Of a DNA stretch of 63,851 nt, positions 27,657-37,437 are shown in pieces. The notes beneath the pieces were generated by a model. It searched no databases. It was not told the DNA's origin and saw only the letters and a list, made by a program, of their open reading frames with translations. This DNA is from Patescibacteria group bacterium (GTDB lineage Bacteria; Patescibacteriota; Minisyncoccia; Phycocordibacterales; Phycocordibacteraceae). Position numbers and translations under genes: made by a program. Where the stretch lies: the NCBI GenBank assembly GCA_013815345.1, contig JACDGK010000006.1, forward strand, positions 1-63,851, in the 5' to 3' direction. Within the stretch, counting starts at the first letter, position 1. The number at the start of each line of letters is the position of its first letter.

Positions 27657-29141
27657 TTGATGAACTTCCCTATTCCTGATCAAGTACGCTCAGTTGCCGA
27701 GGGATTGCGAAATGGAGGCTTTGAGGCATACCTTGTAGGTGGCTGTGTTCGTGACCTTTTTCTCAAGCGGATACCTAAAGACTGGGACATCACAACTAAC
27801 GCGAAGCCCGAAGATATCCAACGCATTTTCCCGGACTCCTATTACACCAATGATTTTGGAACCGTTGGAGTACTCCGCGAGACCGAAAATGAAAGTCTTA
27901 AAGTCATCGAAGTTACTCCGTATCGCACAGAATCAGGCTATTCTGATAAGCGTCGACCGGATGTTGTTCAGTTTGGAGACAGCCTTGAAGAAGATTTGGC
28001 ACGACGCGATTTCACTATAAACGCCATTGCTCTCGATGAATCTAAAGGACATATTGTTGATCCTCATCAAGGACAAAAGGACATTGAGCGGCATGTGCTC
28101 CGAACGGTGGGCGATCCGGAACAGCGCTTTGAAGAAGATGGCTTGCGGCTCATGCGTGCGGTGCGGCTAGTAGCTGAGCTTAATTTTGCACTTGATTCCG
28201 AAACTGCGGCCGCAATCCAAAAGAAAACAACTAATTTAAAGCATATTTCAAAAGAACGAATTAGGGATGAGTTTATTCGTATCCTTAATTCGGATCAGCC
28301 TATGATGGCTCTCGTCCTAGCTCAGCAACTAGGAATCCTGGAATATATAGCGCCCGCTTTAATTCGAGGAATTGGTATCGAACAAAATCAAGCCCATAGT
28401 TATGATGTTTTTGGGCATCTCATGAGAGCGGTCCAACACGCAGCAGATAAGGGGTGGGATTTTGATACACGCTTAGCTGCCCTTTTTCACGATATTTCAA
28501 AGCCAGAAACACGTAAATGGTCAAAGGAGAAGGAAGATTGGTCGTTTCACGGGCATGAAGTTGTAGGTTCACGTGCAACCAGAAAAGCCTTAGAAGAGCT
28601 CAAGTTTCCACGTGAAATTATAGAAAAGGTCACTAAATTAGTAAGGTGGCATATGTTTTTTTCAGACCCTGATCAAATCACCCTCTCGGCGGTACGGCGA
28701 ATGATCCGTAATGTAGGGGAAGAAAATATATGGGATTTATTGAATCTTCGTATATGTGATCGGATCGGAACAGGAAGACCTAAAGAGCAACCTTTCCGTT
28801 TTCGTAAGTATAAGGCGATGGTCGAGGAAGCCCTTAGAGATCCTATATCGGTCACCATGCTTAAAACTGATGGCAATAGAATTATGGAAAAGTTCTCAGT
28901 GGAAGCAGGGCCGCGGCTGGGATGGATTCTAAATGCTTTACTTGAAGACATTCTCGATGATGCCAAGCTAAACACTGAGGCTTATTTAGATTCCCGAACT
29001 GAAGTACTCGCACATCTTTCTGATGATGAACTTAAAAAGTTTGGGGATTCGGGTAGAAAAAAAAGAGAGGAAAAGGAAGAAGATGAACTTAAAAAAATAT
29101 TAGAGAGAAATCACGTATCACAAAATATAAAAGGCCCATGA
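27657..29141 (+). CDS. cca: Class II CCA-adding tRNA nucleotidyltransferase with HD domain
   Basis: VGGCVRD, KDWDITT, EDLARRDFTINA, FEEDGLRLMRAVR, ALFHDISK. Confidence 0.9.
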   Translation: MMNFPIPDQVRSVAEGLRNGGFEAYLVGGCVRDLFLKRIPKDWDITTNAKPEDIQRIFPDSYYTNDFGTVGVLRETENESLKVIEVTPYRTESGYSDKRRPDVVQFGDSLEEDLARRDFTINAIALDESKGHIVDPHQGQKDIERHVLRTVGDPEQRFEEDGLRLMRAVRLVAELNFALDSETAAAIQKKTTNLKHISKERIRDEFIRILNSDQPMMALVLAQQLGILEYIAPALIRGIGIEQNQAHSYDVFGHLMRAVQHAADKGWDFDTRLAALFHDISKPETRKWSKEKEDWSFHGHEVVGSRATRKALEELKFPREIIEKVTKLVRWHMFFSDPDQITLSAVRRMIRNVGEENIWDLLNLRICDRIGTGRPKEQPFRFRKYKAMVEEALRDPISVTMLKTDGNRIMEKFSVEAGPRLGWILNALLEDILDDAKLNTEAYLDSRTEVLAHLSDDELKKFGDSGRKKREEKEEDELKKILERNHVSQNIKGP

Positions 29142-29190
29142 TTGTATTTCCGTCCACTACGAACTGACGGGAACAAAATCATGGGCCTTT
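29130..29190. repeat. Long stem-loop overlapping the cca stop codon (terminator-like)
   Basis: Perfect 14-bp AAAGGCCCATGATT / AATCATGGGCCTTT outer stem plus 8-bp inner stem TTTCCGTC / GACGGGAA. Confidence 0.75.
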
Positions 29191-29491
29191 ATACTAAGTA
29201 GCTTGGACCGGTGGAAGCCAATTGGGGAAGGGGCATAAATTGGCGGCTTCCGTGATAGATTTGGCCCTCACTACTTTGCAACAGCGCTTCACGTGGAACT
29301 TTGCCCAGCTTCTAATTTAGGGGAATCGTCCCGGACGTTGAAGGGGTATCCCTCGCATCGCGCTTAGATCGAAAGAACTAATCTCACAAAGGACAGAAAA
29401 GATCATCTTCTAGTATTGATACTACGCTTCTTGTGAATGATGTAAAGGACATGATTGGGGATAGCCTCTAGACCCTTGTCCTTTATGTCTT

Positions 29492-30259
29492 TTAGGAAAT
29501 GGTGATAGAGACGGGGCAGTGGTCGGAGCCAAATACATCGGTGTGAATTTCTGCCTTCTTTACGTTCTTTAAATATTCTCTGGGGACAAAAAAATAATCG
29601 ATTCTCCATCCAACATTGCGTTCGCGTGCATGAGTAAAATTATCCCAGTATGAATAAATATCTTTTCTGTTTGGATTAAAGTGACGAAATACATCGACAT
29701 AGCCAGCATTTATTACCTCATCGAGCCACGCACGTTCCTCCGGCAAAAAGCCTGTAGTTTCTTCGTTTTCCTTAGGTCGCGCTAAATCTATTTCTTCATG
29801 AGCCGTATTAATATCGCCACAAAAAATAACTGGTTTTTCTTGGCGCAGCTTCTCACAAAAAGCAAGGAACGCATCGTAATAGCGAAGCTTAAAATCAAGA
29901 CGTTCAGGCCCACGGCCGCCGTTAGGGAAGTACACATTTAAGAGCCAGAAGCCTTCGTACTCCGCTCCGATTAGTCGGCCTTCCTGATCAAACTCAGGTA
30001 AGTTCATTCCATAAATTATTTTAAGTGGCTCGATTTTTGAATACAAAGCAACGCCGCTATAACCTTTCTTTATTTCTGAAGAAGCAAAAAATGAAGTGAA
30101 GCCTGTGGCATCTCGAAGTTCGTCGACTAACTGATCAGGACTGGCCTTCGTTTCCTGAAGACCAAAAATATCGGGCTTTGTGGATTTAAGAAAAGTCTGC
30201 CAATGACCATTTCGGTGCACTGCTCGTAAGCCATTTACATTCCAGGAGACAATGCGCAT
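29492..30259 (-). CDS. xth: Exodeoxyribonuclease III
   Basis: SWNVNGLRA, LQETK, GYSGVA, YFPNG, CGDINTAH, GWRIDYF, SDHCPV. Confidence 0.97.
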   Translation of the reverse strand: MRIVSWNVNGLRAVHRNGHWQTFLKSTKPDIFGLQETKASPDQLVDELRDATGFTSFFASSEIKKGYSGVALYSKIEPLKIIYGMNLPEFDQEGRLIGAEYEGFWLLNVYFPNGGRGPERLDFKLRYYDAFLAFCEKLRQEKPVIFCGDINTAHEEIDLARPKENEETTGFLPEERAWLDEVINAGYVDVFRHFNPNRKDIYSYWDNFTHARERNVGWRIDYFFVPREYLKNVKKAEIHTDVFGSDHCPVSITIS

Positions 30260-30281
30260 AGATATAGTGTACGACCTAAAT

Positions 30282-31205
30282 TTATTTTTGACTTCGACTA
30301 TGGAATTTCTTGTGAACTTCTCTCAAGTGAGCGTCCGTAACATGTGTATATATTTGAGTTGTTGTGATGCTCGCGTGCCCTAAAAGCTGCTGCACCGAGC
30401 GAATATCAGCTCCGTTGGAAAGTAGGTCAGTGGCGAACGAGTGCCGTAATACGTGCGGGGTAACCTTTTTCGTGATGCCAGCTTTTGTCGCACAAATCTT
30501 TATCATTCGCTCTATCGATCGCGAGGTGAGCCGAGAGGGAGGACGCTTTCCTTGGATCTCGTTTTCCTTAATCTGCGCCGGTACATTTACAAAAAGCGCT
30601 TCTTCCATGTCCTTTCGCGCTTTTAAGTAGGCAGCGACAGAATTCTTCGCGGTTTCCGAAAGAAACACTACCCGTACTTTATCTCCTTTGCCGCGGACTG
30701 ATAATTCGTCACGGGTGAGGTCGATATCTGAGTTGAGAGCACAAAGTTCCGAAACCCGAAGCCCAGTGGAAAAAAATAGTTCCAAGATCGCCTTATCCCG
30801 CAACGATTTAGTAGTGGTTCCATCTGTTGCTTTCATTAAACGATCGAGTTCGGTAGGAGTAATAAGATCCAGCGAACGCTCGGGAAGCTTTGCGAGTTCG
30901 ATTTTTTCGGGAGAAAGACCTTGGATATCGCGTTTTCTGAGGAATTTAAGAAAGGCACGCAGCGCAATAAGATAATAATTTTGAGTCTTGCGTTTCATGG
31001 ACGCATTTCCTGTACCCGGCTGTCGATTGAGCCATAGTCTGAATTCACGTATTTTCTCCTCGGTAATGTCGGAAGTATCTTTTATTTCTGCATACGTGAA
31101 GAAACGGCTAAGATAATGGTCGTAATTCTCGATCGTTTTCACTGCGCGGCCGCGTTCGATCTCGGTATGTTCGAGAAACTGCCTTTTAATCGACTCTATC
31201 TCCAT
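30282..31205 (-). CDS. XerC/D-like tyrosine recombinase
   Basis: TGLRVSEL (R), GKGDKVR (K), HVLRHSFAT (HxxR), LGHASITTTQIY (H, Y). Start moved to 31205. Confidence 0.92.
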   Translation of the reverse strand: MEIESIKRQFLEHTEIERGRAVKTIENYDHYLSRFFTYAEIKDTSDITEEKIREFRLWLNRQPGTGNASMKRKTQNYYLIALRAFLKFLRKRDIQGLSPEKIELAKLPERSLDLITPTELDRLMKATDGTTTKSLRDKAILELFFSTGLRVSELCALNSDIDLTRDELSVRGKGDKVRVVFLSETAKNSVAAYLKARKDMEEALFVNVPAQIKENEIQGKRPPSRLTSRSIERMIKICATKAGITKKVTPHVLRHSFATDLLSNGADIRSVQQLLGHASITTTQIYTHVTDAHLREVHKKFHSRSQK

Positions 31206-31279
31206 ATCTGTAGTATACCCCCCATATTGTGCGACGCGCCGGTACTTCCAGACTGAAAAGGGGTAGTAGGAGACCACTC

Positions 31280-31308
31280 TTGCAAAAATAATCAAGGTGT
31301 GGTACTCT
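31280..31308 (+). promoter_or_regulatory. sigma70 promoter of rpsO (leaderless)
   Basis: TTGCAA-17 bp-TACTCT with TG extended -10, 7 nt before ATG 31316. Confidence 0.65.
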
Positions 31309-31315
31309 TGGGGTA

Positions 31316-31582
31316 ATGCTTACAAAACGTGTAAAAACGGGCGTTATTAAGAACGCGGCTATTCATGACATGGACACCGGCTCAGCCGAGGTCCAGGCAG
31401 CTATTCTTACCCGCAAAATCGAAGACCTTACCTCTCATTTGAAGAAAAATTTGAAGGATTTCCACTCGCGTCGTGGACTTTTACAAATGGTCGCGGATCG
31501 GCGTGCGCACCTGCGCTATCTAGAGAAAAACGATAAGCGTCGCTACAACGCGCTTATCAAGAAGCTCGGCCTCAAAAAATAA
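31316..31582 (+). CDS. rpsO: 30S ribosomal protein S15
   Basis: DTGSAEVQAAILT...KDFHSRRGLLQMV. Confidence 0.97.
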   Translation: MLTKRVKTGVIKNAAIHDMDTGSAEVQAAILTRKIEDLTSHLKKNLKDFHSRRGLLQMVADRRAHLRYLEKNDKRRYNALIKKLGLKK

Positions 31583-31596
31583 CAACGAAGGTACGG

Positions 31597-31619
31597 AAAG
31601 CGGCTAATAACCGCTTTTT
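31597..31619 (+). terminator. rpsO terminator
   Basis: AAAGCGG-ctaataa-CCGCTTTTT. Confidence 0.7.
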
Positions 31620-31711
31620 ACATAGGAGGAGGTGGTACCATAAGCAGAGAAGTTCATCTTTCGTCATGGTGAGCGAGCTTCATTTTAATAAGCAGTTTAA
31701 ATATATTTAAT

Positions 31712-32227
31712 ATGGCAGTTATCAAGCATTCAGCACAACGGGTAGGCGTTTTTATAGATACGCAAAATCTGTATCATAGTGCAAAACATCTTTATAAGAC
31801 ACGAGTAAACTTCGCGAAAGTTCTGGAAGAGGCCCTTGGCGGCCGGACACTCATTCGTGCAATCGCGTATGTGATTAGCACCGAAGGTGGGGAAGAGGAT
31901 GCTTTCTTCGACGCCCTTACCAAAATAGGCATCGAAACAAAGGTAAAAGGGCTCCAAATATTCGCCGACGGCGCAAAAAAAGCCGATTGGGACGTAGGTC
32001 TCGCTATTGATGCGGTTAAATTAGCTCCTAAACTCGATACCGTCATTATCGCGAGCGGAGACGGTGATTTTGTACCGCTTATAGAATATCTCGATATGAA
32101 CGAAGGTTGTCAGGTTGAAGTTATTTCTTTCGGTAAATCCTCTTCGTCAAAAATAAAAGAAGCGGCTCACGCTTTTACGGATATGTGTGAAGATCCTAAG
32201 AAATTCCTGATCGGTTATCGAGGCTAA
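31712..32227 (+). CDS. NYN-domain (LabA/DUF88) PIN-like protein
   Basis: FIDTQNLY, KADWDVGLAID and SGDGDFVPL motifs. Confidence 0.93.
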   Translation: MAVIKHSAQRVGVFIDTQNLYHSAKHLYKTRVNFAKVLEEALGGRTLIRAIAYVISTEGGEEDAFFDALTKIGIETKVKGLQIFADGAKKADWDVGLAIDAVKLAPKLDTVIIASGDGDFVPLIEYLDMNEGCQVEVISFGKSSSSKIKEAAHAFTDMCEDPKKFLIGYRG

Positions 32228-32292
32228 CTATCTACCAAAAGACTCTGTCTTGCGACAGATACCGGTTATACTTTTAGAAGTATGATCGACGC

Positions 32293-33912
32293 ATGAGTAA
32301 CGACCCTCCCATCACTACTAGTCCTGCAGATCCTTCTCCGTATATACGAACATACGCGAAAGATGTTGCTGCAGTTTCTGCAAAGAACGGCACGACTCTA
32401 GCGACACCGTCTGCTCCCGTACAAAAACCAAAAAGAACTAAATCGTTCCTTCACCCTGATGAGTCGCTTCTGACTTCAAGTCCCTCTTCTCCTTCTCTTC
32501 CCGATCTCTCCCAGCTCCAAGCTGCCGCTGAACAAATGCCTCTAGAGTCCGTAGAGACAGAGCAGGAGGTTGAAGCACGAATACGGGAAGCGGGAAACCA
32601 TGATCCGTCTGGAGTACTGCAATCCATTTCGCTTCCGCGGATCGCCATCGGTGATATCGTTCCAAATGCATCTTTTCAGAATCCCATATATGGAGAAGCT
32701 CTTTCTATTCCTCCCGCTCTTCCTGCGACTCCGCTTCCTTCCATTTCGTTCACACAAAATCCTCTCACGGTAGCAGAGGCTGAAAGTGAGCGTGTCGCAA
32801 TCCTTGAACGCCTGAAAAATAAGATAGAAAGTCATCGAGAAGAAGAGACTCAATCTAGTGAGAATTTGCCTGCAATAGTACCTCCGGAACCATTGCCGGC
32901 AGTAGTGCCCGAAGCAGTAATTCCTCCACCACTTCCACCTGCTCCGGAAATTCCTCAAATACCCATACCTCCGGCCGTTCCTCCACCGCCTCCAATTCCG
33001 CTCCCTCCATCGCCAGGAATGATTCATGATGAGTTGCCCTCACCCTTTCATTCATATTCGAGTGACTTTGCCGATCGCATAGATGAGCAGCACGCCTCTA
33101 CTTTCTCCGTGCTTGCTGCTGAAGATACGGCACGTCCGGTAGCCGCTCCCGCTCCCATTAAAAAAAGAACCTTGGTACCTATCCTTTTAGGTATCTTTTT
33201 AATACTCATAGGAATCGGTGCTGTGTACGCCGCATATATTTTCATGAGTGCAAAGGGTCCCATTTCAATCCTCCCTTCCATTCCTTCGGTTATTGTTACC
33301 GATCAACAAGTCGAGCTTAAAGGTACAGGAGTAATTCTCATGCAGGCACTCGCACACCAAGCAGCACAATCATTACCTTCTAATAATGTGGCGCTTACCT
33401 ACATTGCGGTATCCACCACAACAAAGCAGGGAATTGTAGAGTCCCCTACATCGGGAGGGGGATTAATTACCGCTCTTGATTTTCCTGCTCCCAATATTCT
33501 TCTTCGTAATATCGACCCTTCCAGCACCGTTGGAATCGTGCATGCGGGTAGTGAAACTCGTACTTTCTTCATCCTTAAGGTAATTTCATACGAACGTACG
33601 TTCGCTGGTATGCTCGACTGGGAACCGACGATAGCAAACGATCTTTCTCTCTTATACCCCGCGTATCCTTCGGTATCGGTCATTTCTACGTCAACTTCGG
33701 CGAGCTCTTCTCCAATTTTTCTCCCCCCTCCTGCCTCAGCAGGGCAATTCGTTGACGAGATTGTCGATAATCATGACGCGCGCGTTCTAAGAGATACTGC
33801 AGGTAACAGTCTTATCATTTATGGATACGCCGATAAACAAACCCTCATTATTGCTCGAGATGAGGCGGCTTTTACCCTTTTGGTCGGTCGACTTCAAGCT
33901 AGCCAATCCTAA
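32293..33912 (+). CDS. Proline-rich single-pass membrane protein
   Basis: Pro-rich disordered N-half, TM LVPILLGIFLILIGIGAVYAAY, globular C-terminus (YERTFAGMLDWE). Confidence 0.8.
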   Translation: MSNDPPITTSPADPSPYIRTYAKDVAAVSAKNGTTLATPSAPVQKPKRTKSFLHPDESLLTSSPSSPSLPDLSQLQAAAEQMPLESVETEQEVEARIREAGNHDPSGVLQSISLPRIAIGDIVPNASFQNPIYGEALSIPPALPATPLPSISFTQNPLTVAEAESERVAILERLKNKIESHREEETQSSENLPAIVPPEPLPAVVPEAVIPPPLPPAPEIPQIPIPPAVPPPPPIPLPPSPGMIHDELPSPFHSYSSDFADRIDEQHASTFSVLAAEDTARPVAAPAPIKKRTLVPILLGIFLILIGIGAVYAAYIFMSAKGPISILPSIPSVIVTDQQVELKGTGVILMQALAHQAAQSLPSNNVALTYIAVSTTTKQGIVESPTSGGGLITALDFPAPNILLRNIDPSSTVGIVHAGSETRTFFILKVISYERTFAGMLDWEPTIANDLSLLYPAYPSVSVISTSTSASSSPIFLPPPASAGQFVDEIVDNHDARVLRDTAGNSLIIYGYADKQTLIIARDEAAFTLLVGRLQASQS

Positions 33913-33946
33913 TGTCATTACAGGGTGGATATGGTAAAGTCTCACC

Positions 33947-34300
33947 ATGACAAACACTAAGGTTTATAAAACTCAACTTGAAGAAGAAAAGGTACGACTT
34001 GAGACACAAATGCAAGATGTGGGCCGACCGAATCCTGCCAATCCAAGCGAGTGGGAAGGGGTACAAAAAGACCAAGGTCAGGAAGCTGATCCAAACGACC
34101 AAGCGAACCTTCTTGATGAGTATCAAGAAAATAGAGCCGTGCTCGATGTTTTGAATGCACGCCATAAAGACGTGGTCGCTGCGCTTGGACGAATTGATGA
34201 TGGTTCATATGGCACCTGCAGCGTTTGCAAAAAACCTATAGAAAAAGAACGTTTGGAAGCAGACCCGGCGGCTAATACGTGTAAAGAACATCTTTCATAA
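33947..34300 (+). CDS. TraR/DksA family transcription factor
   Basis: DPNDQA coiled-coil tip; ALGRIDDGSYGTCSVC...ERLEADPAANTCKEH zinc finger. Confidence 0.9.
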   Translation: MTNTKVYKTQLEEEKVRLETQMQDVGRPNPANPSEWEGVQKDQGQEADPNDQANLLDEYQENRAVLDVLNARHKDVVAALGRIDDGSYGTCSVCKKPIEKERLEADPAANTCKEHLS

Positions 34301-34354
34301 AAAAATTATATTTTCTTCACTAATTAAAGAGTACTTTTGAGTATGCTGTGCTAA

Positions 34355-35941
34355 GTGAATGTTCCTCTTACTTTCGAAACAATACCTGATACGCCGACAA
34401 AAGATAAAAGCGGATATGCCACTCTTATCGCTGCTCAGCCGGTAGGTGCGAGCGCGGAAATAGTAACTGTTGAAACCGACCTCACTCGAGGTCTCCATGC
34501 GTTTTCGATCGTTGGTCTCCCTGATAAGGCAATGCAAGAGTCGCGAGATAGAATTAGTGCCGCCATACGACACGCTGGGTTCAAATCTCCGAAGGCAACG
34601 AATCGACGTATCGTTCTTTCTTTATCACCTGCCGACTTACGGAAAGAAGGATCGCACTATGACTTACCCCTCGCGCTTTGCTATCTAGCTGCGGCAGGAG
34701 AAATAAAGCTTCCCCAAAAACCAGCCCTCTTTACGGGCGAGCTCGCGCTCGACGGCACTTTGCATACGGTTCGAGGGATTCTTCCCCAAGTAATCGCAGC
34801 GAAACAGGCCGGTATCGATATAGTATTTATTCCGCCCGGAAACGTAAAAGAGGCTCTTCTTGCAGAAGGTATGTGCATCTATACGCCGAGAACCCTTAAG
34901 GAATTAGTATTGCATTTAAAGGGAGAGTCTTTGCTTGTGCCGGTTAAAAAAGAGTATTCTATACTCATTTCTCCTCCAGCTATTGATCTGCAAGATATCA
35001 AGGGACAGGAAAGCGCCAAACGTGCTCTGGAAATCGCTGCGGCAGGGCGCCATAACCTCGTGTTATACGGACCACCAGGCACCGGAAAAACCATGCTTGC
35101 TCGTGCGTTGCCAGGAATATTACCACCGCTCACTTCCCAAGAAGTTCTCGAAGTAACCGCCATACACTCTACTGCCGGAAATCTCAGGGAGGGAGAAATC
35201 GTTTGCTGGCCTCCATTCCGTGCGCCACACCATACTATTTCACACACGGCGATGGTGGGTGGTGGAGCATTCCCGAGAGCAGGAGAGGTCACGCTTGCAC
35301 ATCGCGGCGTGCTTTTTCTCGACGAGTTTCCAGAGTTTGACACCCGTGCACTCGAAGCACTTCGTCAGCCTCTTGAAGATCGTGTTGTAACCGTTTCTCG
35401 AACGAAAGCAACCCTGACGTTTCCTGCAGATTGCATGGTTGTAGCAGCAATGAATCCTGCCGAGACTCTCGGGGTCGATGAAGAGGTCGCCGTGCGAGCA
35501 GCTCTTAAACAAAGACGCAAAATCTCACGCCCGATCGTTGATCGTCTCGATCTCTGGGTAGAGGTGTCGCATCTTTCTCAAGAACGATTAGGTGCGGTAG
35601 GAGAGGGAGAGTCTTCTGAAAAAGTACGGAAAAGAGTGAAGGACGCCCGAGTATGGGCCGAAAAAAGAAAAAGCAAAAACGGAATGGGAGAAATTCGAAT
35701 CGGTGTCACGAACGCTCAGCTTTCTCCTCGTGAGCTTGATGAAACTATTAACTTCTCTGCCGAGGCGCGGGCGACACTGCTCAGTGTTGCGGGTCGTCTT
35801 GATTTATCTCCTCGAGCCTACCACCGCACTATGCGGGTAGCTCGAACTATCGCTGATCTCGGTGATTCAAAAATGGTAGGTACCGAACATGTTCTTGAAG
35901 CTCTTCAGTATCGGCCTCGAGGAATGTTCGGTTTTGAGTAG
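34355..35941 (+). CDS. comM: ComM/YifB Mg-chelatase-like AAA+ helicase
   Basis: [59 protein letters not shown]. Confidence 0.93.
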   Translation: MNVPLTFETIPDTPTKDKSGYATLIAAQPVGASAEIVTVETDLTRGLHAFSIVGLPDKAMQESRDRISAAIRHAGFKSPKATNRRIVLSLSPADLRKEGSHYDLPLALCYLAAAGEIKLPQKPALFTGELALDGTLHTVRGILPQVIAAKQAGIDIVFIPPGNVKEALLAEGMCIYTPRTLKELVLHLKGESLLVPVKKEYSILISPPAIDLQDIKGQESAKRALEIAAAGRHNLVLYGPPGTGKTMLARALPGILPPLTSQEVLEVTAIHSTAGNLREGEIVCWPPFRAPHHTISHTAMVGGGAFPRAGEVTLAHRGVLFLDEFPEFDTRALEALRQPLEDRVVTVSRTKATLTFPADCMVVAAMNPAETLGVDEEVAVRAALKQRRKISRPIVDRLDLWVEVSHLSQERLGAVGEGESSEKVRKRVKDARVWAEKRKSKNGMGEIRIGVTNAQLSPRELDETINFSAEARATLLSVAGRLDLSPRAYHRTMRVARTIADLGDSKMVGTEHVLEALQYRPRGMFGFE

Positions 35942-35967
35942 AAAAATACTTTTACTTTATTGAAGTT

Positions 35968-37242
35968 CTATTGGGGACTACAGACCGTCATTTCCGTACA
36001 CCCCGCAAAAGGGTTTCTAGCTCCGCGAACCTCGAAGTGAAGATGGGGGCCGGTTGCTTCGCCGGTCGTACCAACATACCCGATCACGTCACCGGCAGAA
36101 ACGGTCTGACCTGCTTCTGCAGCTGTTCTGCTCATGTGTGCGTAGAGCGTTTCGATCCCGCTGCCATTGTCGATAATGAGGTAGTCCCCATACCCTCCAT
36201 TCCAACCGCTCGTACGCGAAAGAATAATGGCGCCGCTGGCTGCAGCATGGATAGGGGTTCCAACGTGAGCGCCAAGGTCAACACCGTTCCAACCATGAAT
36301 ACCCTGCGTAAGGAGAGCTCCGGGAACAGGGTTAGTAAAGAAGCCCGTATGGGCGCTACCGCCGCCGCCCTTGTAGGGGTTTCCTGTCTCGTTACTATAG
36401 TTGGTCTTCAAGGTGCTCACGGAAGAGGTGACTTTCAAAGAAGAATTCTTTGGTGGGGTAGTTTGTGACGAGGTGGAAGAACTTTTTGTTTTAGCTGTCG
36501 TCGCAGAAGATGAAGGTTTTGAAGTGCTGCCAGAGGAGAGCTCGCCGCCAGGAATAATGATTGTTGAACCCGTCTGAAGTGCGCCTTTGTCTGAAAGGCC
36601 GTTAAACTTCGCGATATCTCCTGCGTCACCCCCAAAACGTTGCGCTATCGAGGAGAGCGTTTCGCCGGATTTCACTGTATGTTCTATGCCCGACGTTGGA
36701 AGGATCACGAGCCTTGTGCCTTCTTTTATCGTACTAACGTTTTTTATATCATTCGCCCACAGAATCGTATTCACTGAGACGCCAAACTGCTGGGCAATTT
36801 CAGACAAAGAATCGCCCGATTTAACGGTGTAAGTAGAAATGCTTCCGCTTGAAGGCGTACTAATCTTGTCTCCAGCAGCTATGGGAGCATTGCTTGCGGT
36901 AAAACCTGTTCCCGGAATAAGAGCTGCGCCGTCCGACGTGGTTACCGGTACATCAGATTCGGTGATTGGGTCGGCATTTAGAGGAGCAGTTAAAAGATTC
37001 AAGCTTGCATCGTGGAGAATGGGAGCTGGGGGAAGATCAGCCCTAGCTACAGAAAAAGGCCAAAAGGCGCCTGCTTTATGGGGTAAGGCGAGCGCCAAGC
37101 CGCATGAAGCAAGCAGAATGATCGAAACAAAAGCTGAAGTCCAATATGCATTCCTCCCCTTAGTTTTCGATGAAGGAGAAGAAGGATTATTAAAAGATAA
37201 AATAGTGAAGGGAGGGAACTTCTGAGAAACTTTCGGATACAA
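35968..37242 (-). CDS. LysM (x2) + M23 peptidase cell-wall hydrolase (start uncertain)
   Basis: YTVKSGDSLSEIAQQFGVS, HTVKSGETLSSIA; NGVDLGA, LYAHM, ATGPHLHFEV. Confidence 0.92.
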   Translation of the reverse strand: MYPKVSQKFPPFTILSFNNPSSPSSKTKGRNAYWTSAFVSIILLASCGLALALPHKAGAFWPFSVARADLPPAPILHDASLNLLTAPLNADPITESDVPVTTSDGAALIPGTGFTASNAPIAAGDKISTPSSGSISTYTVKSGDSLSEIAQQFGVSVNTILWANDIKNVSTIKEGTRLVILPTSGIEHTVKSGETLSSIAQRFGGDAGDIAKFNGLSDKGALQTGSTIIIPGGELSSGSTSKPSSSATTAKTKSSSTSSQTTPPKNSSLKVTSSVSTLKTNYSNETGNPYKGGGGSAHTGFFTNPVPGALLTQGIHGWNGVDLGAHVGTPIHAAASGAIILSRTSGWNGGYGDYLIIDNGSGIETLYAHMSRTAAEAGQTVSAGDVIGYVGTTGEATGPHLHFEVRGARNPFAGCTEMTVCSPQ

Positions 37243-37295
37243 AAACGGCTTATGTAGGCCATTTCTTGAGTACAGCGGTAACAGCCAGCCTTAGC

Positions 37296-37323
37296 AGTAT
37301 ACCGGCTCTCCCACGGGGGTCAA
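37296..37323 (-). promoter_or_regulatory. Putative sigma70 promoter of the LysM-M23 gene
   Basis: TTGACC-16 bp-TATACT on the minus strand. Confidence 0.5.
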
Positions 37324-37437
37324 CGCACTTTTTTGGTACCTGTTGAAAAGAGATTTGGGCCCATTTTTAGTGTTTCGGCAAGCAATTTTCATCAAATCTT
37401 AATGTCTCTATGTTTTTTCAACTGGTATAGTTGCGAG

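Noticed and set aside
29142-29491. tmRNA, RNase P RNA or c-di-GMP-I riboswitch
   Set aside because: No GGGG..TTCGA tRNA-like ends, no GAGGAAAGTCC/P4 pairing, and the GGGCAAA...GCAAAG match lacks the required GNRA-capped P2. Kept only as a generic structured region.
30282-31205. Tyrosine recombinase as an integrase of a mobile element
   Set aside because: It is Xer-sized, flanked by xth and rpsO, with no att repeats or cargo. A housekeeping chromosome-dimer resolvase is more likely.
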